56,751 bases of DNA. Origin: Candidatus Saccharimonadota bacterium. GTDB lineage: Bacteria; Patescibacteriota; Saccharimonadia; JAGOAT01. The DNA lies in NCBI GenBank assembly GCA_017983775.1, contig JAGOAT010000001.1:1-56751 (forward strand), given 5' to 3'. Under the pieces are notes generated by a model. The model saw nothing but the letters and a program-made list of their open reading frames with translations. It was not told the DNA's origin and did not search any database. The position numbers were made by a program, and so were the translations under genes. Shown here piece after piece: positions 1-8,277 of the stretch. Within the stretch, counting starts at the first letter, position 1. Every line of letters begins with the position of its first letter.

Positions 1-1
1 A

Positions 2-196
2 TACCCAGCAGTCGGTGATTTATTCCGACCTCACATTACCCTAACCCGTCTTAAGGAACATAATCCAAATGTATTAGAGTTGCTGCAGCAAGACATCACC
101 ACTTTTAATGGTGTATTTGATAGGTTAGGGCTTTTTGAGATGGGTGAAAATGGTACTTGCATACGAAAAATAGCAGAGTTTCCATTTTCAAATTAA
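2..196 (+). CDS. 3' end of a gene cut by the window edge; possibly a 2H phosphoesterase / LigT-like protein
   Basis: Frame 2 is open from the window edge to TAA at 194-196. The translation ...RPHITLTRLKEH... has one H-x-T-x motif. Only ~65 aa are visible. Confidence 0.3.
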   Translation, partial: YPAVGDLFRPHITLTRLKEHNPNVLELLQQDITTFNGVFDRLGLFEMGENGTCIRKIAEFPFSN

Positions 197-369
197 GGCA
201 AAATATCATTATTGTATAATATGTTAAATAACAGGGGTGGGCGAAAATAACTCTTGCACTTGACAGGCACTATTGTCGCTAAATAAATGACTCTACCCCT
301 GTTAGGGTGTGTCGCTGAATGCACAATGTGCGACACTCGACAATACTCAAACCTGTATTCATGGGAGTA

Positions 370-1104
370 CTATTTAAGTTCAAAATCTAAAATCAAAGCA
401 TTATGGTCAGAGATTATAGTCTGGTCCATAGTAAATTCTTTAACGTCAATGTTTTGACTAACGAAGATGTAATCGCACACTTCATTTTTATAGGTTAATA
501 GTGAACGTGTGGTTTTTAGTGAATACTCAACGGAAAGGTTTCGTAGAACTGAATCGAATTGCTTAATCGATTCACTCTCAGGTGCAAGATTAAAATCTCC
601 ACAAAGTATTACGGCTCCCTCAAGTTGCTTGATGTAATCAATAATCATTGAGGTTTGACGTATGGTTTCTTCGTCACCCAGCTTGTGAGCATCAATGTGG
701 TGCCCATGATGATTAAGAATATGTAGCTTTTTGCCGTTAACCTCTAATGCTACGTGCTGTAATGCCCGTATATTGTAGTCGTCAGCGTCAAAATCAAAGT
801 CTGCCTTATATGAGCCACGTGTAAATATGTTTTCACTCTGTTCGAAGGGCAGTTTAGAATAGATAACGTTTCCAAATGAGAGGTCATTCTTGCCAAATTT
901 TGTTGAATTAAGGGGTGAAAAGAACTGTTGATTAAGTCGAAGGCTTTCACCGATTTTCGAGTATGAGCTGATAATACCACCAGTTTTACCACCGTAATCC
1001 ACTGCTTCTTGCATACATGCAAAATCTATATCTTGTTGTTCGAGATGCTTTAATAGGACTCGTTCAAGTCGTCCTTGCCATACGTTGAGTGTCATTAGTT
1101 TCAT
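370..1104 (-). CDS. endonuclease/exonuclease/phosphatase (EEP) family protein
   Basis: 244-aa ORF. The N-terminus MKLMTLNVW...CMQE and the C-terminus ...SDHNALILDF are typical EEP-fold motifs. Confidence 0.75.
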   Translation of the reverse strand: MKLMTLNVWQGRLERVLLKHLEQQDIDFACMQEAVDYGGKTGGIISSYSKIGESLRLNQQFFSPLNSTKFGKNDLSFGNVIYSKLPFEQSENIFTRGSYKADFDFDADDYNIRALQHVALEVNGKKLHILNHHGHHIDAHKLGDEETIRQTSMIIDYIKQLEGAVILCGDFNLAPESESIKQFDSVLRNLSVEYSLKTTRSLLTYKNEVCDYIFVSQNIDVKEFTMDQTIISDHNALILDFELK

Positions 1105-1361
1105 GAGGGTTATTATATCATCAATTCAGGGGTGGATAGCCTTTAAAAAACGTAGTTAATCAGCATTCAGTATATTATCTTTTCAGTGGCTGCTCTTGCC
1201 GTTGGTATTACTAGTTTGTCTGTAACGTAGCCATCCAAAAGTGCATTAAAAAGTTTGAGAAGATTCTGTAAATGTGCACCATTACAACCCAAATGATACT
1301 TTAATAGGGAGCTTTCTAACATTGAGCTTAAAATAGGCTCTTTTTTTGTTAATCTTTATAT

Positions 1362-1862
1362 ATGGGAAGTTATAAGAAATATACTAAAAAAGACCAAAAA
1401 CTAATGGCGACTTGGTCGCTGGATTGTGCTGAGCGAGTATTGCCATTATTTGAAGTAGCCAATCCTGACGATGAAAGGCCTAGAAAAGCAATTGAGGCTG
1501 GTAGGGATTGGGTCAGAACAGGTAATTTTAAGATGGCCACTATACGAGCCGCCTCATTAGGTGCACACGCAGCTGCTAAAGATGTAAAACAAAGTAACGA
1601 TGAGTGTTTTGCGGCACACGCAGCAGGACAAGCCGTTGCAACTGCCCACGTACCACAGCACGCATATGGCGGCTCATATTATGCGCTCAAGGCAATTGCA
1701 GCTGCTAACCCTGAAAATGCAAAGGAAGAAGTAGAGCAAGAGCTTCAATGGCAAGAACAGAAACTACCCGAACATCTGAGAAACGAGATTATCAACAGAA
1801 TTATTGTTGATGATAGTAAGAGCAAATTAAGAATATCGATTGATAAAAGTGAAGGGTTTTAA
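1362..1862 (+). CDS. helical protein resembling Imm-5-like putative immunity proteins
   Basis: 166-aa ORF. The pattern W..DCAERVLPLFE....DERPRKAIEAGRDW...AA..AHAAA...AAGQAVATAH matches my recollection of this family. Not verified. Confidence 0.45.
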   Translation: MGSYKKYTKKDQKLMATWSLDCAERVLPLFEVANPDDERPRKAIEAGRDWVRTGNFKMATIRAASLGAHAAAKDVKQSNDECFAAHAAGQAVATAHVPQHAYGGSYYALKAIAAANPENAKEEVEQELQWQEQKLPEHLRNEIINRIIVDDSKSKLRISIDKSEGF

Positions 1863-2358
1863 CTATTTAGTGGTCACCAGATAAATTAAATAGTTCGACT
1901 AAATGTTTTAGTTTATAGTCATCTTGTGCATCAATTGCGGCTGTTTGGACTAAAAACTGAGAGGGTTTTATTCTTTGCCTCAACAATAATCATATGAGAA
2001 TGGTTTAACATATCTCTTTGTCGCTTAATCCGGCGATTGAATAACCCTCTCGCCATAGAAATTTGCGAGATCAAAATTAAAGTATATTAGGTGTTACGCC
2101 CTGCGAAGTGTTTTGATAGTCTGGGGCTATAAAGGGCAATTTTGAAGCCATAAGGCTATATAGCAACCGGCTTAATACACATATTCCAAAAGTTTTTATT
2201 GTAACGCTTTATCACCCCACTCCGGACAACTGCTCGACCCACTGAGCCGAATCAAATGCGATTGCTCTGCGGTGGTTGGTGTATATTTCAATACCCAAAT
2301 CAGCACTACCTAGCAGCTGACTACACATTGATGAAAGGTTGATTACACCATCAATCAT

Positions 2359-3564
2359 TTATATCCTTGATGGTCTTAGGAAGCGATGGTATTGGGCATT
2401 TTTAAATGTATCAATAATAGCTTGTCTGTCCCCATCTGTGAAATCAAACTTAGTAAGTAGATAGGTTAATCCTTCTTCGTTGCCGCCCAAACCAAGGCCA
2501 TGCGCAAAAGTTATAGCAATTACTAATAATGCTACATACTCTTGGCCTGGAACAAACAACATATCCAAAATATCCCTACGATCCAGCAATCCAATAACTT
2601 TACAAAAATCATACCCTAGGAATAAGTCAACTGAGCCCTCTTCTGCTAATCGACTGAAATAATCTTGCTTTGCTCGGAGAATAGTGTCCATAACAGCGTT
2701 GCCCCATTCGTAGGTGCCTTCTGGTTTTTTGAATTGTTCGATCATTGATTCCCATAAACCGTCAATTATATGAACCTTAGCCAATATTTCTTCAGCTTTA
2801 CTGAAATTACTAGCCAGCATAGCGGAAGTTAGCTCCCTATTCGCTTCCAGACGAGCTACACTCTCCCTCCAAGAGTCAGTCGTGATCAGCCCTTTAGCTC
2901 GAGCAGCAGTTTCGGGGTCACTTTCTCCCAGAACAACTATGATGTCGAATAGTGCCTCGTTGATCCAGTATGGAGGGGCATCTGTAACTTCGCCTTTTAT
3001 TTTTAGCTTCCGACTGTAAGACTCGACTAATTCAATAATAGGTAAGGCAAACTCAGTAATCGCACTGGTGTATAGGTGATCATAGCCTCTACCCATACAA
3101 CATAGTACTTCCTTGAGATCAAGATAAGCACCTCTTTTAAGTTTACCTTTCTCTTTAATCAGGGACCTAAAATGCATTAGTGCAATCTCAAAACACTTGC
3201 CCATTAATTCATCTTGTTGCGGCTCTGCAAAGTAAACTTTAGCGTATTCGAAAATCGTAAGGGCTACTCTTCTGTTAGGGAAGTTGCTGGCCTCCCAGGC
3301 TAAAACCTTAAACCCTAGACTTTGCTCGTCTGTGTCTTCTGAGTCAAACAGTGGCTCTATAGCTACGCGCATCAGGTCCAAAGATACGCGCATCAGGTCC
3401 AAGGCATCTATCCCTAAAGCTTTTGCCTCACATCGAGCTATAGTTAGAGCTTCTTGTAAGCCTTTCTCGCTTAAGGTATCCCTTAGTAATTTGTTAAAGG
3501 CCTGAGTCTTATCTCCACTACCCTCATGAGAATGGCTGGTATCTAGGTCACCTGTCATAAACAA
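2359..3564 (-). CDS. hypothetical protein (alpha-helical), contains an in-frame 21-nt tandem duplication
   Basis: Long 401-aa ORF with no motif I recognise. The duplicated peptide is LDLMRVS/LDLMRVA. Confidence 0.5.
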   Translation of the reverse strand: MFMTGDLDTSHSHEGSGDKTQAFNKLLRDTLSEKGLQEALTIARCEAKALGIDALDLMRVSLDLMRVAIEPLFDSEDTDEQSLGFKVLAWEASNFPNRRVALTIFEYAKVYFAEPQQDELMGKCFEIALMHFRSLIKEKGKLKRGAYLDLKEVLCCMGRGYDHLYTSAITEFALPIIELVESYSRKLKIKGEVTDAPPYWINEALFDIIVVLGESDPETAARAKGLITTDSWRESVARLEANRELTSAMLASNFSKAEEILAKVHIIDGLWESMIEQFKKPEGTYEWGNAVMDTILRAKQDYFSRLAEEGSVDLFLGYDFCKVIGLLDRRDILDMLFVPGQEYVALLVIAITFAHGLGLGGNEEGLTYLLTKFDFTDGDRQAIIDTFKNAQYHRFLRPSRI

Positions 3565-3673
3565 TCCTTCGTATTTATTATGATATTACCCTAGCATAAC
3601 CCCTATTGCAAGCATAAGGATTAATAGTCTACTAGTAGTGAGGGATTACTGATGCAATATAGGAACAAGCCTA

Positions 3674-4057
3674 CTAAATCCTGACAACATTTTCCCCACC
3701 CTGATTGGCCAATCGTTTGTCAAATGTCGCCAACTGATTGTTACCGGTAGTGGCCTCTGTCGCTACATAACAATCTACTATAGATAAAGCAGCATGATCA
3801 CGATATAAACTAATCACTTCAGGTAGAAAATCTCGGTTTGTAGCCAAATTTGGGAAATTAAAAAAATCACCGACAAGTCTCGCAATGTCTTGTCTAGGTA
3901 TTTGAAATATTTTTTCTAAGACATAGATAGCCTCGATTATCACTACCTCGGTCACATAGACTTGATTATTCAAGATTAGATTTTCTACCTTTTTGGCTTG
4001 TTCGGGCAAGTCATTAAGTAGGAACCTTAATACCAAATTGGTGTCCAGGCTAATCAT
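3674..4057 (-). CDS. vapC: PIN-domain toxin (VapC-like)
   Basis: MISLDTNLVLRFLL... is the N-terminal acidic PIN motif. An ATG at 4057 overlaps the stop of the upstream antitoxin ORF by 8 nt. The track ORF extends to 4165, but that extension overlaps the antitoxin. Confidence 0.75.
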   Translation of the reverse strand: MISLDTNLVLRFLLNDLPEQAKKVENLILNNQVYVTEVVIIEAIYVLEKIFQIPRQDIARLVGDFFNFPNLATNRDFLPEVISLYRDHAALSIVDCYVATEATTGNNQLATFDKRLANQGGENVVRI

Positions 4058-4319
4058 TGATATCATCAACCCAAGAATCACCCCTGGCTTTATTGAGAGC
4101 TTCATCCGATAAACCTTTAAGACAAGCTGGGATATTCTTCGTGATACGAGATCTTGTTTTTGCAAAAGACTTGATATCAGTCCCAGCGTTTAGAATGATA
4201 TTGTTATTCTCATCAAGAGCTAGGGTTAGTTTTTGACCAGATTTGAGGTTTAATGCTTTACGCAGAGGAGAGAGTATAGTAATCGTGCCTTTACTGGTCA
4301 AAGTAGTCTTATAATTCAT
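4050..4319 (-). CDS. vapB: AbrB/SpoVT-family antitoxin (VapB-like)
   Basis: 89-aa ORF. TLTSKGTITILSPLRKALNLKSGQKL is a swapped-hairpin AbrB-type motif. It lies directly upstream of the PIN gene and overlaps it. Confidence 0.7.
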   Translation of the reverse strand: MNYKTTLTSKGTITILSPLRKALNLKSGQKLTLALDENNNIILNAGTDIKSFAKTRSRITKNIPACLKGLSDEALNKARGDSWVDDIND

Positions 4320-4640
4320 GTATTACATACTAACATGCGTAATACATATCGTCAATTTCTTACGTAATCATCCCCCACTTTGCAACATAAATGGTAGGCG
4401 TCCTAAACTGTAGTTACTATTAAATAATTACGAAAGGAGCCTACCATGGCTTATTCTAATAACCCTAGCCTACCTAAAGCTAGAGCAGTTGCTATGCAAT
4501 TACTCATCAGAGAATAACTTCTACTATTGGGTGGTGCATTTTCAAGGAGTCCTCTTGAAAATGGTTTATTAAAATCTATAAGATATTTTGGATATATACT
4601 CAACTTTGAGGCTAGGTAGGCTAGGTGTTAAAATATTCAG

Positions 4641-5396
4641 ATGACTATCACAATCATCGGATATGGGCAATTTGGCAAGTTGCTTGCAAAATTGCTCTCT
4701 CCCTATCTAGAAAAGATTTATCTGGTATCCTCCAAGCAACTAACCAATCTACCAAAAGGTTGCCAGCAAATGAGCCTTGAACAAGCAGTCAACAAATCCC
4801 AGCTCATCATTCCCTCTATTCCAATGCAAAACTTTGATCTAATGCTAGAAAAGATTGCTCCATTACTCCAGCCTGACACCATTATAGTAGACGTTAGTTC
4901 AGTCAAGGTCTATCCGATAGAGCAAATGCAACGATTATTACCCTCAAATGTATCAATCCTCGCTACCCATCCCCTGTTTGGCCCAATCAGCATCAATGAA
5001 CAAGGATTGGTAGGCCAACAAATTGTCCTCTGCCCTACTCGGATCAATTTACCTCAATACCAAATGATCAAAGATTTTCTAACCCAAAAGCTAGGTCTGG
5101 TAACAATCGAAATGTCCCCAGCTGAGCATGACCAAGAAATGGCCTGGATCCATGGTCTAAGCTTTTTTGTTGGCAGAGGTTTGACTCAAATGAGCTTGCC
5201 AAAACTCAAATTAAACACGGGATACTTCAAGAAATTAATTGAGCTGTCAGAGACAGAAAAAACTCATAGCTGGGAACTTTTTGAAACTGTCCAAATCTTC
5301 AATCCGTATGCCAAAAAAGTTCGTCAAGATTTCCTCGACATACTATCCAAGCTCAACCAGCACGTATTAAAAAGCGAGAAAAATGACAGAGATTAG
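4641..5396 (+). CDS. tyrA: prephenate/arogenate dehydrogenase
   Basis: N-terminal Rossmann motif IIGYGQFGK, VDVSSVK, and the ATHPLFGP motif characteristic of prephenate dehydrogenases. Confidence 0.7.
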   Translation: MTITIIGYGQFGKLLAKLLSPYLEKIYLVSSKQLTNLPKGCQQMSLEQAVNKSQLIIPSIPMQNFDLMLEKIAPLLQPDTIIVDVSSVKVYPIEQMQRLLPSNVSILATHPLFGPISINEQGLVGQQIVLCPTRINLPQYQMIKDFLTQKLGLVTIEMSPAEHDQEMAWIHGLSFFVGRGLTQMSLPKLKLNTGYFKKLIELSETEKTHSWELFETVQIFNPYAKKVRQDFLDILSKLNQHVLKSEKNDRD

Positions 5397-5931
5397 TAAT
5401 TCAATCTATATTGATACCCAGTTACAGCTCAGAGCCCTGAATCCCGATGATTCTCCTGCCCTATTTGCCCTAATAGATACCAATCGAGAATATCTAGCCC
5501 GGTTTCTTCCCTGGGTAGAGGACACTCTTTCTATCAATGACTCTCTAGGATTTATTAATAAATCATTTGAAAACTACGCTAATAATATAGAATACAACTT
5601 CGGGATATTTTACCAGGATAGGTTGGTCGGCATGATATCTATCAGAACAGCCAATCATCTCGGGGCACCCCTAGAGATTGGCTACTGGATAGCTGAAGCA
5701 TACTCCGGCAAAGGTATTACCACTCAAGCTACTGATGCGATTACCAAATATGGCTTTGACCAATTAGGCCTCAGTCAAATCTCAATATTCGCCCAAATAG
5801 ACAATCCTGCCAGCAATAAGATTGCTAAGAAGATTGACTACCAACTGATCGACAGTAAGACAAAAATAGATGGCAAAATTATAAATCATTGGATAAAGTA
5901 TCCACCTCCTGACCAAATCAATCCAAAATAA
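5383..5931 (+). CDS. GNAT family N-acetyltransferase (RimJ/RimL-like)
   Basis: 182 aa. LRALNPDD...YLARFLPW...IGYWIAEAYSGKGITTQA is typical of RimJ/RimL-type GNATs. Confidence 0.75.
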   Translation: MTEISNSIYIDTQLQLRALNPDDSPALFALIDTNREYLARFLPWVEDTLSINDSLGFINKSFENYANNIEYNFGIFYQDRLVGMISIRTANHLGAPLEIGYWIAEAYSGKGITTQATDAITKYGFDQLGLSQISIFAQIDNPASNKIAKKIDYQLIDSKTKIDGKIINHWIKYPPPDQINPK

Positions 5932-6161
5932 TGAGACGTAAATACCAATCCCACCGAAGAAACTACTTCAAGCCTTCAGATAGAGCTATCAAGAGGTCTC
6001 AGACTGCCAAATATTTGTCCGATCGCAAGAGAAAACTCCATCTAGCAGATCAAGTGGTAACGATTACCCTTGCTATTCTTGCCATATTGATTATTCAGTT
6101 CTTGTCATACAAAATGCTTAGTCCTACAGAAAGACTGTTGATCCGACTACTGGGAAGGTAA
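5931..6161 (+). CDS. small basic protein with one TM helix (hypothetical)
   Basis: 76-aa ORF whose start abuts the preceding stop. It has one hydrophobic helix. Confidence 0.3.
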   Translation: MRRKYQSHRRNYFKPSDRAIKRSQTAKYLSDRKRKLHLADQVVTITLAILAILIIQFLSYKMLSPTERLLIRLLGR

Positions 6162-6346
6162 GCTATTCTAAAGTGATAATATAAATATTGTCTCAAATAT
6201 CACCCTCCATGAACTCAAAGAACTTGCCCGAAATATATTCGGCGTATTAGTAAAAGCTGACATTGATATCGCGCAAGAAATTGTAATACTAGATATGCTC
6301 ATACACTACGATGGTGAGCAAGACCTAGTGAGGCAGGGAGTCAAAC

Positions 6347-6940
6347 CTATTTAACTTGTACAATAGCCCGATCGGATCTAGCAGAGTTAGGTTTCCAGAT
6401 CATATACTGATGACCTTCCTCGATTGGTACCTCAAAAACTACTTGACCACTTGCAGTACCTCCACTGACAAGGTCTCCATAACCTAAAGCATTGTCAGCA
6501 AGTAATGATTTATCATCTAATACTTGCCCCTGAGCGGTCTGGATACGAAAGTTAGCCTGACTATAAGACACAACCTTATCACTAGTATTTTCTAATACTA
6601 CATCAGCAACAACATAGGTCTTGCCATCACTAGTTGTAAAGAATTGATCGAGACTTGTAGTATAGTTAACCTTACTTACAGTCATCTTCACCCCATCAAC
6701 TGTCCCAGCCTCACCAACTATTATCTCTACATCTTTTTCTTGCTTATCTACCCTATCCGCAAATCGATACTCTTTCGTCTGACTAGAGCTTTCAGATGAG
6801 CTATTTGATTGACCACCATTACTATTGTTTGACTTACTTCCCCCTGAGCTACCTATTATTGCCAAAACTACTAGCACAACGATTACCGTTAGTACTTTAT
6901 GTCGAGCAAACCAGCTCTTTTTCTTATTTGATTCAGCCAT
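6347..6940 (-). CDS. membrane-anchored DUF4352-like protein
   Basis: N-terminal TM helix, a Ser/Gly/Asn-rich linker, then a beta-rich domain ...VVADVVLENTSDKVVSYSQANFRIQ.... An AGGAGG RBS precedes the ATG. Confidence 0.6.
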   Translation of the reverse strand: MAESNKKKSWFARHKVLTVIVVLVVLAIIGSSGGSKSNNSNGGQSNSSSESSSQTKEYRFADRVDKQEKDVEIIVGEAGTVDGVKMTVSKVNYTTSLDQFFTTSDGKTYVVADVVLENTSDKVVSYSQANFRIQTAQGQVLDDKSLLADNALGYGDLVSGGTASGQVVFEVPIEEGHQYMIWKPNSARSDRAIVQVK

Positions 6941-6985
6941 TTTATGACCTCCTATTAGTTAGTTTATTAATCGGAGGCGATAACC

Positions 6986-7106
6986 AAAAAGGACAGCCTC
7001 GCTATGTTGTCTAGACTAATAGAAGAGATTGAACCCTACTATTTGCGTGGCTGCCCATTTCTTAGTTCAATCCACGCAAGAGGCGTTTTCTTCTATTAAT
7101 CTAGAC
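6986..7106 (-). promoter_or_regulatory. structured 5' leader A (riboswitch-like; long P1, H-type pseudoknot, U-tract)
   Basis: P1 pairs 7009-7026 with 7089-7106 (17 of 18 bp). P2 pairs 7027-7034 with 7065-7072. P3 pairs 7043-7050 with 7072-7079 and is interleaved with P2. The loop GAAATGGGCAG (minus strand) is conserved. A T-run follows on the minus strand. It is a paralogue of the element at 25326-25443. Confidence 0.45.
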
Positions 7107-7284
7107 TCAATCATCTTACCATCTAGTTCAAATAATCTCAAAATCTTACAAATTTGAAGGTTATAAATCAGGTATCTTTATTGAAAAATTCAATACACCT
7201 ATTACCCTTGACATCGGGAGTATAATAAGGTTAAGAGATAAATAAAGATAGAATATTACTAACTAATATGATAGGAGGGATGCT

Positions 7285-7848
7285 ATGGCAAAGAATATTG
7301 CTGAGCAAGCTGGCTATGATCTGAGTGGGATCTTGATGGCCAGAGGAGTATTTACAATTATTTTTGGGGTTATTGCCCTAGTCTGGCCAGGTATGACCTT
7401 GGTCACTCTAGCAATAATCACTGCAATCTGGCTGTTTGTCAGCGGTATTACTGGCGCATTATCCAGTATATTCATGCGAGACAATCACCAATACTGGTTC
7501 CTGAGACTAATCCTCTCACTAATCCAGTTTGGAGTAGGGGCATATCTGGTGCAACGACCTGGAATATCCATCCTAACCTTTATGCTAGCGATTGGACTGA
7601 GTTTCATCGTCGAAGGTGTGATCGAACTAGCCATCTCCTTCACAGATTCAGGCATGGATGGTGGTAGTAGAATGTTAGGAGTACTACTTGGTCTACTAAC
7701 AATGGCTGGAGGAATCATGGTCTGGAGATATCCAGATACTGGTTCACTAGCTTTCATTTGGGTTCTCGGTCTAGTAGCTCTAGTCGGTGGTACTGCCACC
7801 CTCTGGAAAGCTATCGATATGCGTCGAGATCTCAAAAAAGACGAATAA
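7285..7848 (+). CDS. HdeD/DUF308 family membrane protein
   Basis: 187 aa with six hydrophobic helices. RGVFTIIFGVIALVWPG is a typical DUF308 repeat. Confidence 0.65.
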   Translation: MAKNIAEQAGYDLSGILMARGVFTIIFGVIALVWPGMTLVTLAIITAIWLFVSGITGALSSIFMRDNHQYWFLRLILSLIQFGVGAYLVQRPGISILTFMLAIGLSFIVEGVIELAISFTDSGMDGGSRMLGVLLGLLTMAGGIMVWRYPDTGSLAFIWVLGLVALVGGTATLWKAIDMRRDLKKDE

Positions 7849-7878
7849 TTCACTAAGGCTTTATTCACTCCACTCAAA

Positions 7879-7905
7879 AACCCGGCTTATAGAGTCGGGT
7901 TTTTT
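7879..7905. terminator. bidirectional intrinsic terminator between convergent genes
   Basis: aacccggc-ttataga-gtcgggtt is followed by TTTTT and preceded by AAAAA. Confidence 0.55.
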
Positions 7906-8245
7906 ATTGAATAACTGCCCCACCTGCAGACTGCAAATCATCAATTCCACCAAGATTTACGACATCAGTATATCCTTCACGCTCTAGGATCTTTTTAGCA
8001 ATCCCTGCCCTGCCCCCACTCCGGCAGTAGAGATAGGTCTTCTGATTTTTGGCTAGCCTGGGCAAGTCCCCATTAGTCAATCTGGCTAAATCCCAATTGA
8101 TTGCTCCCGTAACATAGCCAGTCCTGAACTCTTCAGGAGTCCTGACATCGATCAATGTCACCTGGCCTTGCCTAGCCTCCTCAACTGCTTGCTTAATCTT
8201 GGCTAAATTACTATCTTTATTGGCCAAAAACCACGTATCTGGCAT
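7904..8245 (-). CDS. rhodanese-like sulfurtransferase domain protein
   Basis: LIDVRTPEEF..G...GAIN and the active-site loop CRSGGRAG. Confidence 0.8.
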   Translation of the reverse strand: MPDTWFLANKDSNLAKIKQAVEEARQGQVTLIDVRTPEEFRTGYVTGAINWDLARLTNGDLPRLAKNQKTYLYCRSGGRAGIAKKILEREGYTDVVNLGGIDDLQSAGGAVIQ

Positions 8246-8277
8246 TCTACGATAAATAATCCATATTAAGCCAAATA

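Noticed and set aside
7208-7226. Perfect TTGACA and TATAAT hexamers upstream of the HdeD-like gene.
   Set aside because: They are only 7 nt apart, so they cannot act together as a sigma-70 -35/-10 pair. TATAAT alone may still be the -10 element, but I cannot support a full promoter call.
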